Shown one piece after another: positions 38,353 through 47,937 of a stretch of 64,000 nt of DNA. Location: NCBI GenBank assembly GCA_963800695.1, contig CAWDCA010000019.1, forward strand, positions 15,085-79,084, written 5' to 3'. The notes under the pieces are model-generated. The model did no database searches. It was not told the origin of the DNA and worked only from the letters and a program-made list of their open reading frames with translations. The position numbers and the translations under genes were made by a program. The first letter of the stretch is position 1; every line of letters begins with the position of its first letter. Source of the stretch: an uncultured Alphaproteobacteria bacterium (GTDB lineage Bacteria; Pseudomonadota; Alphaproteobacteria; Rhizobiales; Xanthobacteraceae).

Positions 38353-38865
38353 ATGCGGCAAGCCCTGCTCGCGCTCGATGCCGTGGTGGACAAGCTGCTT
38401 CGCTGGAGCGTGATCGGCTGCGTCGCCGGGTGTCTGTTCTTCCTCGCCATCGGCGTCATCGGGCGGACGTTCGCCTTCAATATCTCCAGTTACCCCGAGT
38501 TCATCGAAATCCTGTTCGCCTGGTCCACGTTCCTCGGCGCGGCGCTGCTGTGGCGCGAACGCGCGCTGCTGCGGGTCGATTTCGTGCAGCACATGCTGCC
38601 CGCGGCCCCGTCTTGGGTCCTCAAGATCGTCATCGAGCTTGGCATGCTGATCTTTGCGGCGCTGATGGTCTACTACGGATGGGATTTCGCGACCTCGATC
38701 AAGGAGTACACGCCTTTCCTGCAGGCCGACCGGGTGTATTGGTATCTGTCGATTCCGGTCAGCGCCGCGATCATGGCCGGCTACAGCATTGCGGCGCTCT
38801 ACGAGTTGCTCACGCATCCGCTGCGCGGAGAAACGGCCGAGAGCAAGCAGCAGGAAATCCTGTAA
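38353..38865 (+). CDS. TRAP transporter small permease (DctQ family), located after the large permease
   Basis: 170 aa with four predicted helices. Size and pattern fit DctQ. Confidence 0.7.
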   Translation: MRQALLALDAVVDKLLRWSVIGCVAGCLFFLAIGVIGRTFAFNISSYPEFIEILFAWSTFLGAALLWRERALLRVDFVQHMLPAAPSWVLKIVIELGMLIFAALMVYYGWDFATSIKEYTPFLQADRVYWYLSIPVSAAIMAGYSIAALYELLTHPLRGETAESKQQEIL

Positions 38866-38868
38866 CGC

Positions 38869-40095
38869 CTAGAACCGCGTGATGCGGTAAGGGCTCGCAT
38901 CGATTGCGGGCGGGCGTTGCGCGATCAGGTCGGCGATCATCCGGCCCGTGACCGCGCCAAGCGTGAGGCCGAGATGCCCGTGGCCGAAAGCGTAGAACAC
39001 GCCTGCGTGGCGCGGCGACGGACCGATCACCGGAAGCGAGTCCGGCATCGAGGGCCGGAACCCCATCCAAGTCGAACGCATCTCGGACTTCAGCCCCGGC
39101 AACACCCCGCGCGCGCGCTGGGTCATAACCTCCCAGCGCTTTGGATTGGGAGGCGCTTCCAGACCGGCAAACTCGACCGTGCCGCCGAGCCGGATGCCAT
39201 CCGTCATCGGCGTCATGGAAAACTTGTGATCCGCACATAACAGCGGCACGCGCAGGTCGATGTTGTTCTCAAGCATCACGTGATAGCCGCGCTCGGTATC
39301 GAGCGGCGCGTCATCGCCAAGTCCGCGCAACAGCTTGCGCGACCATGCGCCGGCAGCGATCACAAGCGCATCGAAGGCGATCGGGCCCGCGGCCGTCGTG
39401 AGCTGCGGCTTGCCATCGGCCCCGATGGCTGTGCGCACGTCCTCGCGCTGGATCGTGCCGCCTTGCGCGACGAACGCCTCAGCCAAGGCGACAGTCAGGC
39501 GATAAGGATCGACCGTGTGCTCGCAGTCGGGCTGCATCACGCCCCACACGGGACCGCGGCGCAGGCCCGGCACTAACTGACGGATGGTGCCTTCGTCGAG
39601 CTCCTCAAGACGAATGCCGCGGCTGCGGCGCAGATCGATGTCCGCTTGCGCGGCGCGGCGGCTCGCCTCGGTCTCGTACAGGATCAGCCAGCCCCGGTGG
39701 TGCACGAGATCCGTCGCGCCGGCGCTCTGCAGGAGCGGCCGATAGCTCTCCGACGCGGGGGCCAGGAGCGCCGCAAGCGCGTGCGAAATCGCCTCGACGC
39801 GGCGCGGCGTGCTCGCTGCCAGTAGCCGGATCAGCCAGGGCGCGATACCCATCAGATACGACCAGCGGATCGTCAGCGGCGAGGTCGAGTCGAGCAGCAT
39901 CGCGGGCACGCGCTTCAGGATCGCGGGCGTGCCGATCGGAACGACGTGGCCGGTCGCGAAGATTCCTGCGTTGCCGCGCGATGTCCCCTCGCCCGGGCCG
40001 CTGCGGTCGATGACGACGACCTCGTGGCCCTCGCGCTGCAACTGAAGTGCCGAACAAATGCCGACGATCCCGGCCCCGACGATTACGCAGCGCAT
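38869..40095 (-). CDS. FAD-dependent oxidoreductase (DadA / D-amino-acid dehydrogenase-like, DAO family)
   Basis: From ATG 40095: MRCVIVGAGIVGICSALQLQREGHEVVVIDR (FAD dinucleotide fold), with C-terminal FGHGHLGLTLGAVTG. The upstream extension of the track ORF overlaps dctM and is discarded. Confidence 0.8.
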   Translation of the reverse strand: MRCVIVGAGIVGICSALQLQREGHEVVVIDRSGPGEGTSRGNAGIFATGHVVPIGTPAILKRVPAMLLDSTSPLTIRWSYLMGIAPWLIRLLAASTPRRVEAISHALAALLAPASESYRPLLQSAGATDLVHHRGWLILYETEASRRAAQADIDLRRSRGIRLEELDEGTIRQLVPGLRRGPVWGVMQPDCEHTVDPYRLTVALAEAFVAQGGTIQREDVRTAIGADGKPQLTTAAGPIAFDALVIAAGAWSRKLLRGLGDDAPLDTERGYHVMLENNIDLRVPLLCADHKFSMTPMTDGIRLGGTVEFAGLEAPPNPKRWEVMTQRARGVLPGLKSEMRSTWMGFRPSMPDSLPVIGPSPRHAGVFYAFGHGHLGLTLGAVTGRMIADLIAQRPPAIDASPYRITRF

Positions 40096-40112
40096 CGACG
40101 TCCTCGCGACAT

Positions 40113-41408
40113 CTATTTCAGGCCCAGCCACGCGTAGACGGTGTTCGGCAGCCAGAGACTCAGCTCCGGCACCGCCGAAATGATCAGCAAGCCGCCGAAC
40201 AGGGGAATGAAGAACGGCCACGTCGCGCTCAACACCTGCTCGGGCGTGATGCGCGCGACCCGTGCGGCGACGAACAGCCCGATCCCCAACGGCGGGTGGA
40301 TGATGCCGAGGATGAGGTTGTACGAAATGATCACGCCGAAATGCACGGGATCGATGCCGAGGCCTTTGACGACCGGGAGCAGGATCGGCGACAGGATCAG
40401 CAACGCCGGTACGGTTTCGAGAAATGTCCCGACGACCAGCAGGAGGATGTTGATGACCAGCAGCCCCAGCATCGGGCTGTGAACGTGAACGGCGATGTAT
40501 TGGGCCGCATCGTGTGCGATCCGCTCCGTCGTCACGATCCAGCCCATCACCGAGGACACCGCGATCAGATACATGATGACCGCCGTGACGATCACGGACT
40601 CCTTCATGCAGTCGACCAGACCGCGCACGGTCAGGCCGCCGTACGCCGCACCCGCGATCAGCGCATACCCGGCGGCGATCGCCCCGATCTCCGACGGCGT
40701 CGCGATGCCGGCGAGGATCGCGCCGATGACCACGAACGGCGACATCAGCGCGAATGCGCCCTTGCGAAACGAATTCCACGCGTTGCGCGGAACGAACGGC
40801 TCCGGCTTTCCCCAGTCCGGCTTCATGATGCGCATGTAGATCGAGATGTGGAGCATCAGCAGGATGCCGATGACCACGCCCGGAACGATGCCGGCGAGAA
40901 ATAGCCGCCCGACGGACGTGTCGGTCGCGAGCCCATAGATCACGAACACGATGCTCGGCGGGATGATCGGCCCGAGAACGCAGGCGGCGAGCATCACGGC
41001 GGCGGCGAACGGCACCGGATAGCGCTGATCGCGCATCGCCTTGATGACGACGACGCCGAGGCCGGCAAGGTCGGCGAGTGCTGCGCCCGAGATGCCGGAG
41101 AAAATCATCTCCGCCGCGATGGTGACCTGCGCGAGGCCGCCGCGCATCCAGCCGAACATGTCGCGCGCGAAGTTGAAGATGCGCTCGGTGATGCCGCTGA
41201 TGTTGAGCAGATTGCCGGCGACCACGAAGAACGGCACGGCGAGCAGCGCGAAGCTGTCGACGCTCTCGATCATCATGCGCGGCGCAACGTCAAGCGGCGT
41301 ATCGGTAACCAGGATGCCGGCGACCGCCGCAACGCCGATCGCGATGCTGACCGGCATGCCGATCGTCATCAGCGTCAGCATGGTGACGATCATCGCGAGC
41401 GTGCCCAT
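40113..41408 (-). CDS. TRAP transporter large permease (DctM family)
   Basis: 431 aa with LLAVPFFVVAGNLLN and AEMIFSGISGAALAD. Confidence 0.9.
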   Translation of the reverse strand: MGTLAMIVTMLTLMTIGMPVSIAIGVAAVAGILVTDTPLDVAPRMMIESVDSFALLAVPFFVVAGNLLNISGITERIFNFARDMFGWMRGGLAQVTIAAEMIFSGISGAALADLAGLGVVVIKAMRDQRYPVPFAAAVMLAACVLGPIIPPSIVFVIYGLATDTSVGRLFLAGIVPGVVIGILLMLHISIYMRIMKPDWGKPEPFVPRNAWNSFRKGAFALMSPFVVIGAILAGIATPSEIGAIAAGYALIAGAAYGGLTVRGLVDCMKESVIVTAVIMYLIAVSSVMGWIVTTERIAHDAAQYIAVHVHSPMLGLLVINILLLVVGTFLETVPALLILSPILLPVVKGLGIDPVHFGVIISYNLILGIIHPPLGIGLFVAARVARITPEQVLSATWPFFIPLFGGLLIISAVPELSLWLPNTVYAWLGLK

Positions 41409-41410
41409 GG

Positions 41411-41974
41411 TCAGATCACGACTTCGGGTGCGGCAACGATGAGGGTTTCGCGCTCGGCCTCCTCCGCGGCCTCGGCGGCCAGATTGCGCGACTGCCAGGC
41501 CACGATGGCATAGTAGAGCGCAGTCACCGCCATCGAGGCCGAAGCGACGATCAGCGGCAGCGTCGAATAGAAACGCGGAATGTTGAGGATGTAGGTGAAG
41601 AACACGAGCTGTGCCGGCGCAAGCTCAAGCCCGGTGACCACAAGGAAAAGACAGAACACAATGATCGTGATCTGGGTGAAGAGCGTCAACATGACTTGAA
41701 CGCGGCGTGACAGCCGGCTCACCAGAAATCCAATCACGATGTCCTGCTTCGCCTTGTAGACATAGGCGATGCCGAAGAAGTAGGCGATCAGCATGCCGAG
41801 CTGGGCGATCTCCTGCGCCCACCAGATCGATCCCGCGAAGGCGTAGCGATAGATCACCTGCACCATCGTGAGCACGATGACGAACACGAACGCCGCCATC
41901 GCGACCCACAGCTCGACAAAGCCGATCGCCGCCAGGACTTTCCGGAATGTGCGCATCGGCCGGCCGGTCCGCAC
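41411..41974 (-). CDS. TRAP transporter small permease (DctQ family)
   Basis: 187 aa with four helices. Lies between the dctP-like and dctM-like genes with 6-nt and 2-nt gaps. Confidence 0.8.
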   Translation of the reverse strand: MRTGRPMRTFRKVLAAIGFVELWVAMAAFVFVIVLTMVQVIYRYAFAGSIWWAQEIAQLGMLIAYFFGIAYVYKAKQDIVIGFLVSRLSRRVQVMLTLFTQITIIVFCLFLVVTGLELAPAQLVFFTYILNIPRFYSTLPLIVASASMAVTALYYAIVAWQSRNLAAEAAEEAERETLIVAAPEVVI

Positions 41975-41980
41975 CGGCCG

Positions 41981-42979
41981 TTATTTGATCGCCTGCACCT
42001 GAGCGACGATGCCTTTCGGCAGGATGTTCTCGGCCTCGAATTTGTCGAAGACGGTTTTGGCGACATCGAGCCACGGCTTCATCGGCGGAATGATGATGGT
42101 GACGCCGTGGTCGTTCTGCGCCTTGCGGTCGTACTCATCGCGTTCCGCGGCGGACACTTCCAGATACTTGACGCCCGCCTCCTTGGCGGCTGTCTCAAAG
42201 ATTTCGCGCTGCTGCGGCGTGAGCTTGTCCCATGTGCGCTTGCTCACCACCGGGACGACGATCTGGTAGTACTCGCCCACGTTCGTGAAAAAGCGCGCAG
42301 CTTCCGTCTGCTTCGTGAGATAGGACGCGCTCAGCACGGTGGTCAGCCCGTCGACCGTGCCGGTTGCGAGCGCCGTGTAGGTGTCGGGCCACGGGATCAC
42401 TTGAATATTGGCGCCGAATGCGGCCCACGCCTTGATCGGCGCCTCCGCCTGGAACATGCGCAGCTTGTATCCCTTCAAGTCCTCCGGCTTCATGATCGGC
42501 GTTTTCGTCAGGAGCCCGCGATCGCCGGCACGCAGCCAGCTGTAGCTGCCCTTGCCGAGGAAAACGACGTTGCGCTTTTCCAGCGTTGCGATCATGTCGG
42601 CGAACAGGTCGCTGGCAAGGAATTTCCTGAAGTGATCGCGATCGCGGAACACGAACGGCGTGTTGACGACACCGAAGCGCGGATCCCAGGCCTTGTAGTA
42701 ATCGAACGTGTCGATGAACAGGTCCTGTGCGCCCGAGACGAGGTTCTCGAGCTGCGACGGGATCGATTTACCGAGTTCGCCGGAATGAAACGACTGAATG
42801 TCGATCTCGCCGTTCGTCAGTTCCTTCACGCGCTTCGCGAAAAACTCCATCGCGATGCCTTGGTCGGACGTCGGCGGCAGGATGTGCCCTGCCTTGAGCC
42901 TCATCGCCGCTTCACCCGGTCCACCGCCAAGTCCGAGAGCGAGCAAGGCCGCTCCGGCGATCCTCAAAAACATGCGCAT
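41981..42979 (-). CDS. TRAP transporter substrate-binding protein (DctP family)
   Basis: 332 aa. Signal peptide MRMFLRIAGAALLALGLGGGPGEA followed by the DctP pattern. Confidence 0.85.
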   Translation of the reverse strand: MRMFLRIAGAALLALGLGGGPGEAAMRLKAGHILPPTSDQGIAMEFFAKRVKELTNGEIDIQSFHSGELGKSIPSQLENLVSGAQDLFIDTFDYYKAWDPRFGVVNTPFVFRDRDHFRKFLASDLFADMIATLEKRNVVFLGKGSYSWLRAGDRGLLTKTPIMKPEDLKGYKLRMFQAEAPIKAWAAFGANIQVIPWPDTYTALATGTVDGLTTVLSASYLTKQTEAARFFTNVGEYYQIVVPVVSKRTWDKLTPQQREIFETAAKEAGVKYLEVSAAERDEYDRKAQNDHGVTIIIPPMKPWLDVAKTVFDKFEAENILPKGIVAQVQAIK

Positions 42980-43043
42980 GTCAGCACCCCCGTGTTGATT
43001 GGTTCAGATTTGCATGTGCGACTGTCGTTCCTGCTTCGATTTG

Positions 43044-44801
43044 CTACTCGGCGGCTTGCAGCTTCTGTGGACGGCGCTTGCCGCGCAGTTTTTTTGTCGC
43101 CGCCTTGTCCACGGCGAAATCGGGCCCCTTCTTGAGCGCGACGCCGTAGTTCTTTTTCGCGTAACCGGCCGTGAGCTTTTCCTCCACCACGTCGGCGCGC
43201 ACGAGTTCGGGATCGCGTTCGAACGGCTCTCCATAGCCGCCGCCCCCGGCCAGAATGGCGCGGAAGCGGTCGCCTCTGAGCATTGGCTCGGTTTCCATCA
43301 GCAGCGCGGGGAGCAACCGGTCCTTGCCGTTGTGTGTCAGATAGTTGAGCGAGGGCGTGCCCGGCTTGCCGCCGGACAGCCCGTGCGGCGGGAATCTGCG
43401 CTTGTCGGAGCGCACGTTCAGCACGGCGTCGTCGGCCAGCATCTCGAACTCGCGCACGATCGAGACCCCGCCGCGAAACTTGCCGGCGCCGCCTGTGTCG
43501 GCAACGAAACCGTATTGCACGATGCGCAGCGGGTACCCCGTCTCGATCATCTCGACCGGCACGTTCGACTGGTTGGCGCCCATGTGCGGCACACCCTCCT
43601 GCCCGTCATGGGCCTGCGCGGCGCCCCACGTCCCCATGAAGGTCTCGCAGAACACATACGGCTTGCCGTCGACATAGCCGGCAATTGTCGGCAGCGTCGA
43701 GCCGCCCATGTTGTCGGCGGTCACCTTGTGCGGCACCGCCTGCGCGAGCGCGCCGAACAGGCAGTCGATCATGCGATAGCCGGTGATGCCACGCGCGCCG
43801 CACGGAAACGGCATCGTGGGGTTCATCACGCTGCCTTCGGGCGCCACCAGCGTGATGGCACGCGTGTAGCCGAAGCAGTTCGGCACATCGGGCGACATGA
43901 CCGAGCGCATCGCCGTGTAGGCGCAGGCTTTGGTGAACGGCAGCGGCGAATTGATGCCGCCCTTCACTTGCGCGGCCGATCCTGTCCAGTCGATCGTCAC
44001 CCCGTCGCCGGCGATGATCACTTTCACCTTCAACTCGATGGGAACCGGCTTCTTGCCGAGCCCGTCGATATAGTCGGTGAATTCGTAGGTGCCGTCCGGG
44101 ATGTCGCGAATTTCCGCCCGCGCCAGCCGCTCGGCGTAGTCGTGCAGGTGAACGAAATAGGCAGTCATCGTTTCGCGGCCATAGCGGCGGAACAGGTCGG
44201 TCATGTTGCGTTCGCAGGCCGTGCACGACGCCATCTGCGCCTGCAGGTCGCCCATCAACAGGTCGGGCAGCCGCACATTGAGCGCGACCATCTGCCAGAT
44301 CGGGTCGACCGGCTTGCCGCGATCCATGAATTTGAGGATCGGGATGCGGATGCCTTCCTGGTAGATCTCGGTTGCGCCAAGCGCGTTTGAACCCGGCACG
44401 ATGCCGCCGACATCGGAGTGATGCGCGATCGTCGTGGCCCACGCGACGAGATGATTCTCAAAGTAGATCGGCTTGATGATGTAGATGTCCGGAAGATGCT
44501 GTCCGGCCGCGACGTACGGGTCGTTGAAGATAAACACGTCGTCGGGAAAGATGTTGCCCTTCTGGGTCGTGATGAGACAACGCATCGCGTCGTAAAAGCT
44601 GCCGAGATGCATCGCGGTCGTGAGACCCTGCGCGAGGGTCTGCCCTTCCGCGTCACAGACCGCGGTCGAGAAGTCCATCGAGTCGCGCACGATCCCCGAA
44701 TAGGCGGTCTTCATCAGCACGAGCGCCATCTCATCGGCGATCGTGTCGAGGCCGTTCTTCAGGACTTCGAGCAAAAAGGGATCAACGTCGTTTCTGGACA
44801 T
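43044..44801 (-). CDS. hyuB: hydantoinase B / oxoprolinase family protein (HyuB-type subunit), intact copy
   Basis: 585 aa. MSRNDVDPFLLEVLKNGLDTIADEMALVLMKTAYSGIVRDSMDFSTAVCD...FIFNDPY. Confidence 0.85.
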   Translation of the reverse strand: MSRNDVDPFLLEVLKNGLDTIADEMALVLMKTAYSGIVRDSMDFSTAVCDAEGQTLAQGLTTAMHLGSFYDAMRCLITTQKGNIFPDDVFIFNDPYVAAGQHLPDIYIIKPIYFENHLVAWATTIAHHSDVGGIVPGSNALGATEIYQEGIRIPILKFMDRGKPVDPIWQMVALNVRLPDLLMGDLQAQMASCTACERNMTDLFRRYGRETMTAYFVHLHDYAERLARAEIRDIPDGTYEFTDYIDGLGKKPVPIELKVKVIIAGDGVTIDWTGSAAQVKGGINSPLPFTKACAYTAMRSVMSPDVPNCFGYTRAITLVAPEGSVMNPTMPFPCGARGITGYRMIDCLFGALAQAVPHKVTADNMGGSTLPTIAGYVDGKPYVFCETFMGTWGAAQAHDGQEGVPHMGANQSNVPVEMIETGYPLRIVQYGFVADTGGAGKFRGGVSIVREFEMLADDAVLNVRSDKRRFPPHGLSGGKPGTPSLNYLTHNGKDRLLPALLMETEPMLRGDRFRAILAGGGGYGEPFERDPELVRADVVEEKLTAGYAKKNYGVALKKGPDFAVDKAATKKLRGKRRPQKLQAAE

Positions 44802-44810
44802 GGGTGGCTC

Positions 44811-46892
44811 CTAGGCCGCGCCGACTTCGATGACGATATTGCCGGCAGCGTCGAGCCGCGCCGCGCAATTCGGCGGCACCACCGTGGTGCCCTCGTATTC
44901 CTCGACGATCAGCGGCCCGGCCCGCAGCGTGCCGTTGAGCACGCCGCGTGAGAGCACAGGCGTATCGTGTTCGCCGTGCACCGGACCGAAGTAGACCGAG
45001 CGGCGGCTTTCCGTTTGCTGAGGCACGGTCGTGCGTATGCTCGTCTGCACGCCCTCGGGCGTGACCGAGCCGGTGGCGCGCAGCGTGACCGTCTCCATCG
45101 CATAGGTGCCGCGGAAGGCGTGCCCGTAGGTGCGCTCATGCTCCAGTTCGAACAGCCGCTCGAGTTCTTCGAGCGCGGCCGTGTCGAGCTTGCGGTTCGG
45201 CGCCGCCACCGTCAGCTCGAACGCCTGGCCGGTGTAGCGCAGGTCGGCGGCGCGCGTGAATGTCACGCTCTTTCGCGGATAGCCGAGCTGCTGGGCGATC
45301 TGATCCTCCAGCGCGCCGAAGATCTGCTCGGCCCGGTCGCGATCCATCTCGCGCGTGCGCGATAGCATCGCCTGTGCGAGCGTCAGTTCGACGTTGGCGG
45401 TGAGCAGGCCGATGGCGCTGAATACGCCCGCGGCCGGCGGAACGATCACCAGCGGGATTTGCAGCGAGCGCGCGAGCTCCACGCCATGCACCCCCCCGTT
45501 GCCGCCGAACGCGTAGAGCGAGAAGTCCCGCGGATCGCGCCCGCGATAGGTCGTCACGCCCTTGATGGCGCGCATCATGTTGGCGTTGGCCACCAGATGA
45601 ATGCCGTAGGCGGTTTCGATCAGCGAACGGCCGATCGGCTCCGCGATATGCTTCATGATCGCCGAACGCGACCGCTCGGCGTCGATCGGCACCGTTCCGC
45701 CGCACAAAGCCTCGCGGTTGAGGAAACCGAGCACGACGTTGGCGTCCGTCACGGTCGGATCGTTGCCGCCGGCCGCATAGCACGCGGGTCCCGGAACGGC
45801 GCCCGCGCTCTGCGGTCCGACCTTGATCGACATCGCCTTGTCGAGCCGCACGATGCTGCCGCCGCCCGCGCCCACCTCCGCGATGTCGATCACCGGAAGC
45901 TTGAGCGCATAGCCGCCGCCCTTCATCAGCGGGCTCGATGCCGAAATGCCGCCGCCGACTTCGTACTCGTCGGACATCAGCAGTTTGCCGTTCTCGATGA
46001 TCGAGCACTTGGCGGTCGTGCCGCCCATGTCGAAGCTGATCATGTTGCCGTAGCCGGCGGCGGTGCCGAGCTTGCCCGCCCCGATCACGCCCGCGGCCGG
46101 TCCGCATTCGACAATCTGCGCCGGCCGGTCGAGCACCGCATCGGCGCCGAGGATTCCGCCCGAGGACTGCATCACCTTCAGCCGGCCCTTCAGGCCGCCC
46201 TTGCCGAGCTGCTCCATCAGCGAGCGCAGATACACCTCCACCGGCGGACCGATATAGGCGTTGATCACCGTCGTGCTGGTGCGTTCGTACTCGCGCATCT
46301 GCGGAAGCACGTCGATCGAGAGCGAGATGAAGCAGCCGGGCATGGCCTTGCGCAGCATCTCGCCGATGCGGCGCTCATGGTCGGGATTGGCATAGGAATG
46401 CAGCAGGCACACCGCGACGGCCTTGACCTTCTCGGCCTTGAGCTTCGCGATCGCCTTCTTCACGCTCGCCAGATTGAGCGGCGTGACGACTTCGCCGCGC
46501 GGGCCGACGCGCTCGATCACTTCGAGACGAAGCCGGCGCGGCACCAGCGGCTGCGGCTTGACGTAAAGCGGCTCATACAGGCGCGGGACGCGGATGCGGC
46601 GCAGCTCCAGCACATCGCGAAAGCCGTGTGTCGTGATAAGGCCGGTCTTGGCGCCCTTGTGTTCGACGATGGTGTTGGTCGCGATCGTGCAACCATGCAG
46701 CACTTCGCCGATGCGGCCCTTGTCGAGCTTGAGATCGGTCATCAACTCGTCGATGCCGCGGATCACCGCATCGGCATAGTTGCCCGGCGTCGACGGGACC
46801 TTGCGCGTGGCCACCAGCCCGTCACGGGAAATGAACGCAAGATCGGTGAACGTGCCGCCGATATCGGCCGCGACCCGCAGGTCGTTGCTCAT
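44811..46892 (-). CDS. hyuA: hydantoinase A / oxoprolinase family protein (HyuA-type ATP-dependent subunit), intact copy
   Basis: From ATG 46892: MSNDLRVAADIGGTFTDLAF...FDMGGTTAK...EVGAGGGS. Confidence 0.85.
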   Translation of the reverse strand: MSNDLRVAADIGGTFTDLAFISRDGLVATRKVPSTPGNYADAVIRGIDELMTDLKLDKGRIGEVLHGCTIATNTIVEHKGAKTGLITTHGFRDVLELRRIRVPRLYEPLYVKPQPLVPRRLRLEVIERVGPRGEVVTPLNLASVKKAIAKLKAEKVKAVAVCLLHSYANPDHERRIGEMLRKAMPGCFISLSIDVLPQMREYERTSTTVINAYIGPPVEVYLRSLMEQLGKGGLKGRLKVMQSSGGILGADAVLDRPAQIVECGPAAGVIGAGKLGTAAGYGNMISFDMGGTTAKCSIIENGKLLMSDEYEVGGGISASSPLMKGGGYALKLPVIDIAEVGAGGGSIVRLDKAMSIKVGPQSAGAVPGPACYAAGGNDPTVTDANVVLGFLNREALCGGTVPIDAERSRSAIMKHIAEPIGRSLIETAYGIHLVANANMMRAIKGVTTYRGRDPRDFSLYAFGGNGGVHGVELARSLQIPLVIVPPAAGVFSAIGLLTANVELTLAQAMLSRTREMDRDRAEQIFGALEDQIAQQLGYPRKSVTFTRAADLRYTGQAFELTVAAPNRKLDTAALEELERLFELEHERTYGHAFRGTYAMETVTLRATGSVTPEGVQTSIRTTVPQQTESRRSVYFGPVHGEHDTPVLSRGVLNGTLRAGPLIVEEYEGTTVVPPNCAARLDAAGNIVIEVGAA

Positions 46893-47296
46893 AGGGCGCT
46901 CCCCTTGCCGGCAATCGCGATTGCATCCACTTCGACCCGGTACGCCGGATTGGCGAGCGCCGCGACGATAACGGTGGAGCGCGCCGGGTACGGATCCTTG
47001 AAGCGCCGCCGATAGACACCGTTCATGCCGGCAAAGTCCGCCTGTGCGGTGAGAAAGACCGTGCAGCGCACGACGCGTTCGAGCCCGCAGCCTTCGAGCG
47101 CGAGGAGCTTCTCCAGATTGTCGAAGACTTTTTCGGTCTGCGCCTCGATGCCGCCCGCGGTGACCGCCTCTCCGGTGTCGGGATCGGTCGGCACCTGTCC
47201 AGCCAGCCACAGGATGTCCCCGCCCCTGATCCCGGCGGACAACGGCGAAGCCGGACGAAACTTGCCGGGCCACTTCATCACTTTCAGATCGGTCAT
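46889..47296 (-). CDS. RidA / YjgF / endoribonuclease L-PSP family protein
   Basis: From ATG 47296: MTDLKVMKWPGKFRP...LWLAGQVP...VRCTVFLT...PARSTV. ATGA overlap with the hyuA start. Confidence 0.8.
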   Translation of the reverse strand: MTDLKVMKWPGKFRPASPLSAGIRGGDILWLAGQVPTDPDTGEAVTAGGIEAQTEKVFDNLEKLLALEGCGLERVVRCTVFLTAQADFAGMNGVYRRRFKDPYPARSTVIVAALANPAYRVEVDAIAIAGKGSAL

Positions 47297-47367
47297 TCTG
47301 TTGATCCTCAACGCAAATGGAAGTTCGGGGAGTTGGCTGGGGCGAGGCGGGCAAGCGAGCGAGGAAG

Positions 47368-47937
47368 TCATGCGAGATCCTCGCGCGCTTCGATCAGCAT
47401 AAGCCACACATACGGTGCGAATGAACGCTCGATCTCGACATGGTACGTATGCTCATTGGTTCGCCAAAGAACGATCTCAGATTTTTCGAACAACGTGCGC
47501 GTGCACATGCCGATTGGAAATGCAGCGTGCGCGAGATCGAGCGCGCAACCGTGATTGATGAGCGTGGCGGCTTGCGCGCCCGTAACCGCAATGGCGGCGC
47601 CACGATGGCTGACATCGACGAGCGCGTGCGGCGTCCCTGCGAGCGCAACCGAGAACTGGTGCATGATCGCCGCTGCATCTTCTGGTGCCGCAAGCAGCAG
47701 CCATTCGTCGGGCCCGAGCCATAACGCCGCACGGCTTGCGGAGACCGCCGCACGACAGGCTTCACCCGGCAGCGTGACGCCGAACGCCTGTCCCGCCGCC
47801 GCGACCGAGCCGGGGCGGCAGCGCAGCGCGAACCTGGCGCGCGGCGGAAGAAGCGACAGCTCCACGCCTGAGCCGGAGTGCGCGCTACCTGCGAGAGGAT
47901 CGAGCGGACCTTGCCGCATGGCTGAAACATCAAGCAT
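47368..47937 (-). CDS. soxG: heterotetrameric sarcosine oxidase gamma subunit
   Basis: 189 aa, positioned immediately after soxA with an 8-nt overlap. Size and the pattern ...LWLGPDEWLL... are typical of SoxG. Confidence 0.75.
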   Translation of the reverse strand: MLDVSAMRQGPLDPLAGSAHSGSGVELSLLPPRARFALRCRPGSVAAAGQAFGVTLPGEACRAAVSASRAALWLGPDEWLLLAAPEDAAAIMHQFSVALAGTPHALVDVSHRGAAIAVTGAQAATLINHGCALDLAHAAFPIGMCTRTLFEKSEIVLWRTNEHTYHVEIERSFAPYVWLMLIEAREDLA

